A DNA stretch of 64,000 nt from a virus. Numbering within the stretch: the first letter of the stretch is position 1; each line of letters begins with the position of its first letter. Shown here piece by piece: positions 18,009 through 27,566 of this stretch. Below the pieces are notes generated by a model, which ran no database searches, had not been told where the DNA came from, and saw only the letters and a program-made list of their open reading frames with translations. The stretch covers positions 1 to 64,000 of the IMG/VR virus record IMGVR_UViG_3300049846_001597; one strand, 5' to 3'. The position numbers and the translations under genes were made by a program.

Positions 18009-18916
18009 GGGTTCAGCCCCTTCGGTTCAACCGGACGCGGCCCCCACTCTTCGCGCCACTTGCCGGTTAGCTCGTAGTAGCGACGTTTCTGCGATTCGGG
18101 CATCCCGTCACCAACTGATTTTCCGTTTTCCAAATACGCTTCGACGGCGGCGTCAAGCTTGCCGTTCAAAAACACCTCCGCCAGCACGCAGTAGCGCCAG
18201 CCATCCTTGGTGACGTCTGGCCGCGACAGGTAGTGGCGCGCCGCGCCCATCAGCGTCGGCGCATCCCACTCAGCCCGCGACCAACGCTCAAACGCCTTGC
18301 GCTTATCGCTCAACTCGCGCCGCGCCTTCGGCCAAGATTTCCAGAACGCTTCAAACTCGGGCGTGTAGGCCGCCCGCTTGTGGGCGCCAGATTTAGGTTT
18401 CGATGGCGTTAGCGTCTCGCCAAACAACTCGCCTGTCGTCCCAAACGGCGCAGCCGCTTTGGGACAAGAGTCTTTAGGTTCAATGGTTGGTTCTAACGAA
18501 GTGAGTCCGGCAAGATTTGCCGCTGGGTTTGGTCGTATCTTGCCGTTGGCAGGATTTGCCGCTGGCAAGATTTGCCGCTGGCGACGTGGATTTTTCGCCT
18601 TCGGCAAATCTTGCCGCTGGACACTATTAGTGGTGTTTTGGACCGACAGGTTGAGGACGATGCCGTCTGTGGAGAAGCTACCGTTTGGACGCTTTCTTTG
18701 CGTCCGCGTGATGAGGCCAGCCGCCTCCAAATCCGCCAGCACAGTACGCACGGTGCGGTCGCCGCAACGCGCCTCGGCTGCAATGGTTTTTTGCGACGGC
18801 CAGCAATAGGCGTTCTCGTCGGCGTAGTTGCCGAGCAGAATCAGAATGCATTTGTGCGTGGGCGACTTCACGACATCACGCAGGCCAATGGCCCAGGTTA
18901 CAGCTTGAACGCTCAT
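18005..18916 (-). CDS. Phage replication initiator (N-terminal wHTH)
   Basis: L..L.NYADE...CWPSQKTIA......RTV...L..LE..GLI.R; internal iterons; adjacent to DnaB. Confidence 0.85.
   Translation of the reverse strand: MSVQAVTWAIGLRDVVKSPTHKCILILLGNYADENAYCWPSQKTIAAEARCGDRTVRTVLADLEAAGLITRTQRKRPNGSFSTDGIVLNLSVQNTTNSVQRQDLPKAKNPRRQRQILPAANPANGKIRPNPAANLAGLTSLEPTIEPKDSCPKAAAPFGTTGELFGETLTPSKPKSGAHKRAAYTPEFEAFWKSWPKARRELSDKRKAFERWSRAEWDAPTLMGAARHYLSRPDVTKDGWRYCVLAEVFLNGKLDAAVEAYLENGKSVGDGMPESQKRRYYELTGKWREEWGPRPVEPKGLNP
18509..18620. repeat. Replication origin iterons, consensus GGCAAGATTTGCCGCTGG
   Basis: Copies at 18509, ~18535 (partial), 18548, 18564, 18603 inside the initiator gene, as for lambda ori in gene O. 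Confidence 0.8.
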
Positions 18917-18917
18917 T

Positions 18918-20336
18918 TCAGCCCCCGCTCACGTCCAAGATCAAATCGTACTGCACAAGCGCCTTGAAGCTGTCGCTGCCTACGGGGCCTTGGCGCTGCT
19001 TGGCCGTAATGATCTCCATCACGTCGCGCGCGCGTTCTTTGCGTTCCATCCATTCGTGCAGTTTGCCTCCGCCGCCATCGTCGCGGGGCTCACTGCGGTC
19101 GAGATAATATTCCTCACGGTAAGCGAACAGCACCACATCGGCGTCCTGCTCGATATTTCCGCTTTCGCGCAGATCGGAAAGTTGTGGACGCTTATCGTCG
19201 CGACTTTCGAGCTGGCGCGACAATTGACTGAGCACCAGCACGGCGACATTGAGCTTGCGCGCCATCACCTTCAGCGCCTTCGTCGCCTCGCCAATCACCG
19301 CTGACAAGTTGAGGCCGCGCGCGTGTGGCAAATCGAGAATTTGCAAATAATCGATCACGACAAGATCGAGGCCGCCGAGTTTGCGACGTATCGCGCGCGC
19401 AGCATGCTCAATCTGCGCCACACTGAGGCCAGCGCGATCATCGATCTCAAGCTTCAAGCCCAGCAAATCTTTTGCCGCCGCCGCCAAGTGCGAGCGATTG
19501 ATGTTGGGCGCGCCTTGGCGTAAGTGCGCGTACGCGAAGCGATCAAACGCAAATTCTGTGCGCCAGTATTGCGCCGCCGCCAGCGCCCGCATGGCGAGGC
19601 TTTCCGCCGTCATTTCCGCCGAAAACATCGCCACTCGCAGCCCGCTCTTGGCGGCGCAGCGGGCGATATTGTTGGCGAGCGCAGTCTTCCCCATGCTGGG
19701 TCTGCCGCCAAGGATTACGAGGTCGCCGCGAAACAGACCCCCGCCCAGGCGCTTATCGAGCTTCGGCAGCCCGGTGGTGATGGCTTGCGCTTTTGGCTCA
19801 TCAAGCGAAAGCAGAAAATTCTCCGCCGCTTCGGCCAGCGAGCATGAGTGCGCGGCAGACGGCGGCTGCGCCGTATCGAACCCCGCGACGGCGCGCGCGA
19901 CCAGCGCATCACACGAAACCTCATGCGGGGGGTGTTTGCCAAGCATGATGGCGTTCTCCCCCGCTTCAACAATGCGACGGCGCACCGCCAAATCACGGAT
20001 AAGCTCGGCGTAGTTGAAAGCGTGCGTGGAAAGCACCGCTGCGTTTTCTAGCAGCGTCATCAGATATTTTGCGCCGCCAATTTCTGCGATGCCGCCATCT
20101 TTGGCGAAGTGCTCTTTTAGCGTGATGGCATCGGCCAATTCGCCTTGCGCGATCATTGCGCGCAGTTGCGCGAAGATGCGGCCATGCACAGGATCGTAAA
20201 ATTCTTCCGGCGCAAGATCGATGACGCGGTTAATCGTCTCGTTGTCGAACAGGATCGCGCCTAGCAGCGCTTGTTCGGCCTCAAGTGAGGCAATCTTGTT
20301 GTGCGCAGGCGCGGTGCGCGCTATATCGTGTGTCAC
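18918..20336 (-). CDS. dnaB: Replicative DNA helicase
   Basis: EAEQALLGAIL, GRPSMGKT, IDYLQ, LSQLSR, RPQLSDLRESGNIEQDAD, KQRQGPVG. Confidence 0.95.
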   Translation of the reverse strand: MTHDIARTAPAHNKIASLEAEQALLGAILFDNETINRVIDLAPEEFYDPVHGRIFAQLRAMIAQGELADAITLKEHFAKDGGIAEIGGAKYLMTLLENAAVLSTHAFNYAELIRDLAVRRRIVEAGENAIMLGKHPPHEVSCDALVARAVAGFDTAQPPSAAHSCSLAEAAENFLLSLDEPKAQAITTGLPKLDKRLGGGLFRGDLVILGGRPSMGKTALANNIARCAAKSGLRVAMFSAEMTAESLAMRALAAAQYWRTEFAFDRFAYAHLRQGAPNINRSHLAAAAKDLLGLKLEIDDRAGLSVAQIEHAARAIRRKLGGLDLVVIDYLQILDLPHARGLNLSAVIGEATKALKVMARKLNVAVLVLSQLSRQLESRDDKRPQLSDLRESGNIEQDADVVLFAYREEYYLDRSEPRDDGGGGKLHEWMERKERARDVMEIITAKQRQGPVGSDSFKALVQYDLILDVSGG

Positions 20337-20430
20337 GAGGGTTCGTTCTCCAGCTGGCCCTCGTCGCGAGGGGGCTTAGTCTCCACCCTCGCCCCGCAAA
20401 GCGACTTCCAAGGGAAGCGCCAAGCAAATC

Positions 20431-20473
20431 AGAGGGGCCGGTGCATAGGACACACCGGCCCCTCTTTCTTTTT
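20431..20473 (+). terminator. Terminator-like hairpin oriented antisense to the replication operon
   Basis: 13-bp perfect stem AGAGGGGCCGGTG/CACCGGCCCCTCT followed by TTCTTTTT on + strand. Confidence 0.55.
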
Positions 20474-20503
20474 CGTTACGGCTGAGTCGCGCAAGCGCGG
20501 GTT

Positions 20504-21025
20504 CTAGTTGTTCACAGCAAGCGCATAAACGCGATGGCGCATTTGGCCGTGCGTCGTCACTTTGCCTATTTGATACATATGAATAAGCGCACGGCGAGTG
20601 CGTGGGTTGGCGGCAATGCGCGGCGGCAGTTGCGCACGCAGTTGTGGCCACGTCAGCGGCTCCGGCGACGCCGCAAGCGCCCTGGTAATGGCAAGCGCGG
20701 CGGGCGACGATAGTCTGAAGCCCCTGCCGCGCGGTTTCAAACGGAGGCGTTTTGCCGCTACCGATACCGATGATGTATTCGAGAAATCAAACTCGTCACG
20801 CAATACGCGCAGCGGCGCGCCGCTGCGCCAGCGCGCTGTAAACGCCGCAACCCGCTCTGGCGTCCAGCGCAAATACCTCCTCTTGATGCCGCGCACCTGA
20901 CAGCGTTGATCGATTTGCTGCCTCGTGCGCCCAGGCAGGCGCGTTGCAGCAATCTCCGCCGAAGTTTCGTTCGCTGCCAAGCCTTCATCCAGAGCCGCGT
21001 CTTCAGCCGCCGTCCAGCGTCTCAT
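20504..21025 (-). CDS. Myb/GcrA-like HTH-repeat protein
   Basis: WT.AED..L, WTPERV....W..G repeats plus C-terminal wHTH. Confidence 0.6.
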   Translation of the reverse strand: MRRWTAAEDAALDEGLAANETSAEIAATRLPGRTRQQIDQRCQVRGIKRRYLRWTPERVAAFTARWRSGAPLRVLRDEFDFSNTSSVSVAAKRLRLKPRGRGFRLSSPAALAITRALAASPEPLTWPQLRAQLPPRIAANPRTRRALIHMYQIGKVTTHGQMRHRVYALAVNN

Positions 21026-21870
21026 CAGCGCACCAATTGGTAAGCGCCACGCGCGGGCGAGGTGATCGTGTTGGCTCGCCGCAGCTGCTTGATCGCCGCG
21101 CGTACGAGGTCGCTGTCGCGGATATTCAAGCGATTGCGGATCAACTCAAACGAAACCGGCTCCGTCTGTGTCGCTAAAAAAGCGGCGATTTGAGGCGCGA
21201 TGGTTTCCGGCAGCACCCGCCCGCGCTTGGCGGCGCGCGACAAGCCGAGTGCGCGAATACGTTGATCTATGCCGCCCTTATCGCGCAAGGCGAGTTTCGG
21301 CGAGTTAGCAATTTGCGCTGCGGTTGCGCCCTTCATGTAGAGGCGGCGAATTTCCGCATCTTCTTCGGGTGAATAATGTGCGCCTTTGGGTATGTCGGCG
21401 GCGCGCCGTGGCCACCCCGCGCGACGGCGATAGTATTCCAAATTCTCTGCTGAACGCCCATACTTTTTGACAAGTTCGTTCATGGGAACATCAGCACGCC
21501 AATCTGCTTCAAACTCGGCGCGCCGTGTATCATCCCAATGAACCTTTTTGGTTTCAAAATCGATGTTGCGGAGCGGCAGCTCTAAAGCGCGGATGCGGTC
21601 GCGGATGGAAGACGGTGAACATTGCGTGCGCGCGATGATTTCGTCCAAGGGAACCCCTTCAGCCCACCACGCGCGCAATTGTGGCGCCCATGTCGCATTG
21701 ACGCCGGAGCCCACGTAATTCACGCCGACACTATTGGCGAGCCGCTTTATGAGCCTGGGGGAATTTGCGGCGAACCCGTACTTTTCCGCGAGTGCCCGTA
21801 TATTGAGCCCTATCAAGAGGTCTTGTTTGAACTCAGCGTGTTTCTTCTTTGGAAGGACAAACTTAGCCAC
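21025..21870 (-). CDS. GcrA-like HTH-repeat protein
   Basis: Four repeats of 'W/Y....L...W..G....I.....S....R...L.L..R' plus C-terminal wHTH. Confidence 0.6.
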   Translation of the reverse strand: MAKFVLPKKKHAEFKQDLLIGLNIRALAEKYGFAANSPRLIKRLANSVGVNYVGSGVNATWAPQLRAWWAEGVPLDEIIARTQCSPSSIRDRIRALELPLRNIDFETKKVHWDDTRRAEFEADWRADVPMNELVKKYGRSAENLEYYRRRAGWPRRAADIPKGAHYSPEEDAEIRRLYMKGATAAQIANSPKLALRDKGGIDQRIRALGLSRAAKRGRVLPETIAPQIAAFLATQTEPVSFELIRNRLNIRDSDLVRAAIKQLRRANTITSPARGAYQLVR

Positions 21871-21976
21871 GTCCGACTGTCTCCTTGTTGACGAACGATC
21901 AATCGTTCTCTAAATATGCGGCTTCCGCAATCCCGACAAGCCCCGGCTCGCGTCGGCATCGATTGCCTAAGGAGAC

Positions 21977-22921
21977 TTGATGAAAACGTTTGTGACCCCG
22001 GAGATGGCTCGCGATTGGCTATCCCGCAATGATGCAAATCGCAACCTCAGCCTCGCCCGCGCCCGTGAGTATTCGGGCGATATGCTTGCTGGACGCTGGA
22101 ACTCTGACAACCGCCAAGGCATCCAGCTCGGCAGCGACGGCACCCTGGTGGATGGCCAACACCGCCTTATGGCGGTCTGTCTGGCCGCCAACGAAGACCC
22201 CGGTTTCAAGGGTATCGATATGTGGGTTTACGAGAACGTCCCGCCCTCTGTGCGCGGCGTCGTAGACTTCAATCGCGTCCGCTCTGTGGGTGACGTTCTT
22301 CACATCGAAGGCCACAAGCACGGTCAGCTGGCTGGCGCAGCTTCTGGCTACGTTCTGAACTGGCTCAACGGCGAGAAGATCAACGCGATGCGGTCAAAGA
22401 CCGAGAAGCACGAGTTTATTCTCAACAACCTCGATCTCATCAACTACGCCGCCCTCGCCTCTGCGACGCGCGGGTATGCGGTGCCATCCGCTCTGGCGGC
22501 GATCCTGTTCCTCGCCAGCCGCAGCAAAGACCGCGAGGGCGCAAGCCTGCTCGACACCCACGCTGAGGCATTTGTGGACGGCATCGCCAATGGCGCCATG
22601 CTGAAAGCGCGTGATCCACGCTTGGCGCTGCGCACGTGGATGTTCAACCAGCGCAATGGCAAACAGGTGCAAGCTGCGGCGTTTGCAGCGACGGTGCAAG
22701 CCTGGAACAACTTCGTTGCTGGTCACGAGGTCGCGCAAATCCGCACGGTCGTCGGCGATGACGGTCAAATCGACATCAAGCCAATCGTCGGCGCGCCAGA
22801 TCGCGGCGCAGGCTTGGGCGCACTGAAGGGCGTTACCTTGCCCGGCCCCGTGCGTACCCTGATCGAAGAGGCGCGCCAAGCCCTCTTGCGTGAACGCGCC
22901 GCCGCGACCGCCGCCGAATGA
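21977..22921 (+). CDS. ParB/Srx-like (DGQHR) domain protein
   Basis: VTPEMA..WL..N..NR.L.....Y..DM..G.W...G.LVDGQHRL.A. Confidence 0.75.
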   Translation: MMKTFVTPEMARDWLSRNDANRNLSLARAREYSGDMLAGRWNSDNRQGIQLGSDGTLVDGQHRLMAVCLAANEDPGFKGIDMWVYENVPPSVRGVVDFNRVRSVGDVLHIEGHKHGQLAGAASGYVLNWLNGEKINAMRSKTEKHEFILNNLDLINYAALASATRGYAVPSALAAILFLASRSKDREGASLLDTHAEAFVDGIANGAMLKARDPRLALRTWMFNQRNGKQVQAAAFAATVQAWNNFVAGHEVAQIRTVVGDDGQIDIKPIVGAPDRGAGLGALKGVTLPGPVRTLIEEARQALLRERAAATAAE

Positions 22922-23310
22922 CAACGCGCCGGGCGCTCACGCCGACTGAGAAATCGATTGTGCGTGAGCGCCAGGGCGGATTGTGCGGGTGCGGGTGCAA
23001 ACGCCTGCTTGCTGAGCACCCGCATGACTTCGATCACGAACTGGAAGTCTGGGAATTTGGCCCCGAGGCCGACCCGGCTGAAGTCAACGCTCTCTCAAAT
23101 TTTCGGGCGCTGGTCAAAAAACCTTGCCATCAAGCCAAGACTGCACGAAAAGCAAAGGAGCGCGCCAAGGTGCGGCGCAACGCCAAGAAGCACGCAGGCA
23201 CGTTCAAAAAATCCCCTTCTCGTTGGGGTAATCGCAAGTTGGAAAGCAGGAGTTCATTCGACCAATGGCTGAACATGAGGGGCGAGAAGAAAACGAAGAA
23301 GAAAACGTGA
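22918..23310 (+). CDS. HNH endonuclease family protein
   Basis: Q.G.CGCGC...FDH.....N...L...CH..KT. Confidence 0.75.
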   Translation: MTTRRALTPTEKSIVRERQGGLCGCGCKRLLAEHPHDFDHELEVWEFGPEADPAEVNALSNFRALVKKPCHQAKTARKAKERAKVRRNAKKHAGTFKKSPSRWGNRKLESRSSFDQWLNMRGEKKTKKKT

Positions 23311-24236
23311 CAAACACGCAAATTGCGACGCCCTCGGCGCAACGCAGCATCGTCGCTGCAACAGCTGCTTTCTACGGCATGGAACCTGGGCCGTTTGAGC
23401 AGACGCTGCGCGCAACAGTGTTTCCGGCCAACGGCACGCGCGAGCAATTCGCCGCGTTCTTGATCGTCGCCAAAAACCACAACCTCAACCCCGTCACGCG
23501 CGAGATGTTCGCGTTCCCAACAAAGGGCGGCGGCATCGCGCCGGTTGTCTCTGTGGACGGCTGGTTGAAGCTCATCAACTGCAATCCGGCCATGGACGGC
23601 CTGACCTTCGTCGATGAGACGGACGACAAGGGCAACCTTGTGTCTGTTACGGCCAATCTCTATCGCAAGGATCGCGAGCATCCGATCTCGGTTACGGAAT
23701 ATCTGGCCGAGTGCAAACGCGACACCGACACGTGGCGGCAGTGGCCGAAGCGCATGCTGCGTCACAAGGCAACGATCCAAGCGGCGCGCTATGCGTTCGG
23801 CTTCGCGGGCATCTACGACATCGATGAAGCCGAGCGGATGAAAAACATTCAGGGCGCAGGCCTCGGCGGCGGCACGTGGGAAGAGATCGCGCCCGCAGAA
23901 AATGACGATACCTCTGGGCAATTCCTGAACGGCGAAGTCGCTGACCTGCTGCGCGCCGATTACATCCGCCAGATGAGCGCCTGCACCACACTGGAGGAGC
24001 TGGCGAAAGTCTGGAAGTCGTTCCACCGTCGCTACTACAACAACACCCGCAAGCGCATCTCAGACGCCTTCTACGGCGGGTTGGAGGAAGAACACGCCCG
24101 CATCGAAGAAAAATTGAGTGAGCAAGAGTTTGAGGCGCACCAAGCCAAGACCGACATCACGGCGCATATCGCCGCGAAAACACCCAAGACGAAAGCTGCG
24201 CAAAGGCGCGCCCGCAAGATTGTGAAGCGCAAGTGA
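23307..24236 (+). CDS. bet: RecT/Bet single-strand annealing recombinase
   Basis: LNP.TREMFAFP.KGGGI.PVVSVDGW, RKDR.HP...TEY..EC, W...P.RMLRHKA.IQ.ARYAFGF.GIYD.DEAER. Confidence 0.9.
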   Translation: MTNTQIATPSAQRSIVAATAAFYGMEPGPFEQTLRATVFPANGTREQFAAFLIVAKNHNLNPVTREMFAFPTKGGGIAPVVSVDGWLKLINCNPAMDGLTFVDETDDKGNLVSVTANLYRKDREHPISVTEYLAECKRDTDTWRQWPKRMLRHKATIQAARYAFGFAGIYDIDEAERMKNIQGAGLGGGTWEEIAPAENDDTSGQFLNGEVADLLRADYIRQMSACTTLEELAKVWKSFHRRYYNNTRKRISDAFYGGLEEEHARIEEKLSEQEFEAHQAKTDITAHIAAKTPKTKAAQRRARKIVKRK

Positions 24237-24643
24237 GTAAGCGTCGCTCCTATCGCATCACCGACAAGACCCGCGCCGCTATCGAACAGGCGGTGCGGGA
24301 GGCGTCAAACGGTGCGTTCGTAGACATCACCACGGAGGAGCGACGCACCGAGGAGCAAAACGAGCGCATGTGGTCGATGCTGGACGATATTGCCGAGCAG
24401 CTGCCGTGGCGCGATTGGCAGGGCCGCGTGATCCGTATGGACAGTGAAGAGTGGAAGAATTTTTTTCTCGCCCTCCTCTGGCGTGAACAGAAGATGGTGA
24501 TGAACCCTGAAGGCACAGGCATGGTGCTTGTGGATCGACGGAGCGGCAGCTCGACGCTTCGCATCAGTGAGATGAGCGATCTGATGGCGCTTATCGAGGC
24601 GTTCGCAGCCGAGCGTAATGTAAGGCTCAAAGTGTGGAGCTGA
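24233..24643 (+). CDS. ninB: NinB/Orf family recombination mediator
   Basis: RT.EQN..MW.ML.DIA.Q..W....EEWK..F...SS.L...EMS.L...IEAF.AER. Confidence 0.85.
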   Translation: MSKRRSYRITDKTRAAIEQAVREASNGAFVDITTEERRTEEQNERMWSMLDDIAEQLPWRDWQGRVIRMDSEEWKNFFLALLWREQKMVMNPEGTGMVLVDRRSGSSTLRISEMSDLMALIEAFAAERNVRLKVWS

Positions 24644-24655
24644 AGGAGAAGGAAG

Positions 24656-25279
24656 ATGCCGAAACCAAGTTTAAGTGACCCAAAGATTCAGGCTAAGGCG
24701 GCGACCGCACGCAAAGCCGCCAGTCAGGCGCGTGGCGGCCTCGGCTACGGCAGCCTCGTAACCGCCATTGTCGCGCTCGCGGCGGCGGCGCGCGGCCACG
24801 TGCCGACCGCGCGTTTGATGGCGGAGCTGCTGGGCGGAGACTTGGTGAAGCACCAAGCCCGCCTCGCCAAGCTAACGTCGCTTGGCTTCCTGACGCGCCC
24901 TGGACGCGGCATCTATGCCCTGACCGACAAGCGCGTGGATGAAGGGCTGCTGCGTCCTAAGGATCGCAGGGACGTGGCCGCAGCCATCTCCAAACTGGAC
25001 GCGCCGCAGTCACAAGTGATCCCGGCCTCGCCGCCCGCCAACATCGAACGCGCCCTGCAACAGGCGTTGAAGGCGCTCGCGCCTTTTGCCCGCTATGGTG
25101 CGCGCCTTAAGGATGCGAAGCCGGAGGCGGTGCCGATGCTCTTGCGTAGCGACGGGTTGTGCAACGAGGACTTCCAAAACGCGCATGCAGCGCGCGTCGA
25201 GGTGCTGAGGTTGAGCGCGCCGGAGACGGAGGCTAAGCCCCAGACAGAGGCGGTAGACTTTAGCCGCTTTATCAGCTGA
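24656..25279 (+). CDS. Hypothetical wHTH protein
   Basis: RLAKL...GFL.RPGRGIYAL; RBS AGGAG. Confidence 0.6.
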   Translation: MPKPSLSDPKIQAKAATARKAASQARGGLGYGSLVTAIVALAAAARGHVPTARLMAELLGGDLVKHQARLAKLTSLGFLTRPGRGIYALTDKRVDEGLLRPKDRRDVAAAISKLDAPQSQVIPASPPANIERALQQALKALAPFARYGARLKDAKPEAVPMLLRSDGLCNEDFQNAHAARVEVLRLSAPETEAKPQTEAVDFSRFIS

Positions 25280-25283
25280 ACCC

Positions 25284-25487
25284 CTATGAACGCCGCCCTC
25301 CGGGGCGGCGTTTCTTTAGCGGACGCTCGTCGTCGTGGCGCTCCAGCAGCGTGCGGAAGAACTCGCTAATCCCCATCCCCTCCTCTTTGGCGTGCGCCAG
25401 CGCCAGCGCCTTCATATTAGGCGACAGGCGGATCGATACAGGCAGAGTTCCGGTGGTACTGTCGCCGGGCGGCAAGATTCGCTTCAT
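25284..25487 (-). CDS. Ribbon-helix-helix (CopG/Arc-like) regulator
   Basis: VSIRLS..MK......A..EGM.ISEFFR.LL. Confidence 0.7.
   Translation of the reverse strand: MKRILPPGDSTTGTLPVSIRLSPNMKALALAHAKEEGMGISEFFRTLLERHDDERPLKKRRPGGRRS
25290..25317 (+). terminator. Rho-independent terminator
   Basis: AACGCCGCCC-TCG-GGGCGGCGTT followed by TCTTT at the end of the recombination operon. Confidence 0.6.
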
Positions 25488-25543
25488 GGCGCGTATGTAA
25501 TACCTGATGCGCCCGCCGACAAGGGCGATAAGCTTCTTGCATC

Positions 25544-25590
25544 GGGTACTACATTTTCCCATTGCAACGCCCAACACCGTGTAGTACATA
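25544..25590 (+). promoter_or_regulatory. Divergent promoter region with two GTA(C/G)TACAT operator-like sites
   Basis: GGGTACTACAT 25544, GTGTAGTACAT 25579; TTGCAA-17-TACATA. Confidence 0.7.
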
Positions 25591-25640
25591 GGTCTTGTCC
25601 TAACCCGGAGATGGCGCGCGGTTTGGAGGAGGAGACTGAG

Positions 25641-25865
25641 ATGCAAGAACCGACTGACAAGGAGCGTCTAACGATCTGGAGCGCGCTCGATGTAGCAGCC
25701 CAGGCTTACGATAAGGACGCCGCCACCTTTGGTGAACTGGAGGAGGCTGCTCGCGCGAATGGCGGCGAAACCGGCGAGCGGCAAGCCGAGATGATGGGCC
25801 GCTTACGCCAGACGTTTGAAGAACAAGCGGCGGATGCACGCAAACTGATGGAGCGGTACGAATGA
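25641..25865 (+). CDS. Hypothetical protein
   Basis: RBS GGAGGAGGAG, ATG 25641. Confidence 0.65.
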   Translation: MQEPTDKERLTIWSALDVAAQAYDKDAATFGELEEAARANGGETGERQAEMMGRLRQTFEEQAADARKLMERYE

Positions 25866-26089
25866 CCCGCATCAAACGCGACATCCAACGCGCCCTCTGG
25901 CGCGCTTACCCTGGCGCGGCGATCACCTTTGAGAAAGGCAAGAAGCATGATTTCGTCGTCGTGCGGCTGCCGGATAATCGCGCCGCCCGCGTCAGCTACG
26001 CGGGCTCGCCGTCCGCACCGGACATCACGGTGAAAAACGTGGTGCGAGACATCCGCTCTCTCTTTCAGGCGCCGCTGCGGCATTCGTAA
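25862..26089 (+). CDS. HicA-like small protein
   Basis: GKKH...V.L.......SPS......N...DIR pattern. Confidence 0.45.
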   Translation: MTRIKRDIQRALWRAYPGAAITFEKGKKHDFVVVRLPDNRAARVSYAGSPSAPDITVKNVVRDIRSLFQAPLRHS

Positions 26090-26096
26090 TAACTAC

Positions 26097-26125
26097 TTGC
26101 ACGGCGCGAGATGCCGTACTACATC
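26097..26125 (+). promoter_or_regulatory. Promoter with operator-like site
   Basis: TTGCAC-17-TACATC, CCGTACTACAT. Confidence 0.65.
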
Positions 26126-26144
26126 GCTTTCAACGGAGACTGAA

Positions 26145-26531
26145 ATGACAACCGCAGCAACTCCCGCCCCGCCCCCGTGGCAAGATACCGTTGCACAGGA
26201 GGGCTCGCGCCTGCTCGACGCCATGCGCGAAGTGGCGCCGCAAATTACTGAGGCGGTGGTCCGCTATGTGTGGGCGCAGGGTGTGGCGGGGCTCGTCGTC
26301 GCCGGTAGCTTGGGCGTCGTAACCCTCATTGCGTGGTGGATTTGCTGCAAGGTAGCAACAAAAATACACCCAGGAGACGATGAGATGGGGATTGTCGTGA
26401 TTTCTGGCTTCATTGGCCTCGCTTGCCCGATTGCGATTATCTTTCTTGTTCAAGACAATCTCCCTAAGGTGCTCGCCCCTGAGGGCGCAGCTGCGATGAT
26501 GGCGTTGCAAGCGTTGGGAGGCGGCCAATGA
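26145..26531 (+). CDS. Membrane protein (2 TM)
   Basis: Two hydrophobic helices; RBS ACGGAG. Confidence 0.65.
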   Translation: MTTAATPAPPPWQDTVAQEGSRLLDAMREVAPQITEAVVRYVWAQGVAGLVVAGSLGVVTLIAWWICCKVATKIHPGDDEMGIVVISGFIGLACPIAIIFLVQDNLPKVLAPEGAAAMMALQALGGGQ

Positions 26532-26917
26532 TCCGGCTCCTCGCCCTCTTCGCGACGTGCATACTGGCGGCGGCGGCTTCCGCCGAGGCGTTCGACCGAC
26601 CCGTATCGTTGATTGTCAGCGGCGCCTTCGGCCTCGCCCTCGGGGTGTTCTGGGATGACATCTGGCCGCGCAAGCGCGACAATGAAAATGTCGAGTACGT
26701 CGATCTCTCCGGCCTGAGCCGCGAGGCCAATTTGCCGGAGGGCTACATCGTACTCTGGGTTGAAACCCAGATGCGTAAAGACACCCATGAAATCGTCGGT
26801 TGCAAGGCCATGATCGGCTCCCTGCGCGAAAGCAAGCGCTACGAAGGCAACGGCGCCACTATCGAGGCCGCCATTCAGCATGCGGCGATGCGCGCCAGAT
26901 TTGCAGGCGCAAAATGA
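26528..26917 (+). CDS. Hypothetical membrane protein
   Basis: Hydrophobic N-terminus; ATGA coupling. Confidence 0.5.
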   Translation: MIRLLALFATCILAAAASAEAFDRPVSLIVSGAFGLALGVFWDDIWPRKRDNENVEYVDLSGLSREANLPEGYIVLWVETQMRKDTHEIVGCKAMIGSLRESKRYEGNGATIEAAIQHAAMRARFAGAK

Positions 26918-27526
26918 ATGGCGCGCGATTGGATCATCCTTCCGTCTAGTCCCGCGCCCGGCGTCAGCCGATCTCTTTCAGGCGCAGCCAAGGTGCGGAT
27001 GCTGGCCGACGGTTCGCGTACGGCCAGAGAAATCGCCGAGATGACCGGCTGCCACCTAAACTATATTTACGTTTTAGCGCGCACTGAGGGGTTGACGCTG
27101 AAGCGCGGTCAGCGCGGTGTTCAGCCGGGATCGAAGCTTGGCTCCGAGCCGCTTGTGGCGCGAAACAGTGAAATCGTGCGCCGGGTGATTGAAGGCGAAG
27201 AAACGTTGGAGGCGGTCGCTAAAGACTACAAGCTCACGCGCGAGCGAGTACGGCAAATCGTCTGGCGCGCCACCCGCATCTCACTGATAGGTCGCAAGAA
27301 CAAGATGGCGGCGAAGGCCAAGCTCGCCACAGAAAAACGCGCGGCCAAAGCGGCTCAGGAAAAAGAATGGGGCGAGAAGATGCTGGCCCTTGTGAGTCTG
27401 GGCGTCTCGATTCGCGCCGCCGCTAAGCGTGCGGGCGTCACCAAGCAAAGCATGGCGGACAAGCTGTCGCGCCGCTATGGCTTGGGGAAGCTCACCCATC
27501 ATGGCCGCTGGCGCAAGAAGCGTTAG
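26918..27526 (+). CDS. Sigma-70 region-4-like HTH protein
   Basis: TLEAVAKDYKLTRERVRQI plus two further HTHs. Confidence 0.7.
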   Translation: MARDWIILPSSPAPGVSRSLSGAAKVRMLADGSRTAREIAEMTGCHLNYIYVLARTEGLTLKRGQRGVQPGSKLGSEPLVARNSEIVRRVIEGEETLEAVAKDYKLTRERVRQIVWRATRISLIGRKNKMAAKAKLATEKRAAKAAQEKEWGEKMLALVSLGVSIRAAAKRAGVTKQSMADKLSRRYGLGKLTHHGRWRKKR

Positions 27527-27566
27527 TGGGTTTTTAACCGTCCCGGCTCACATGCTGTAAGCTCCT

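Noticed and set aside
18509-18620. Short palindromic repeats as a possible CRISPR array
   Set aside because: Spacing is irregular and too short, they lie inside the initiator CDS, and no cas genes are present; iterons fit better.
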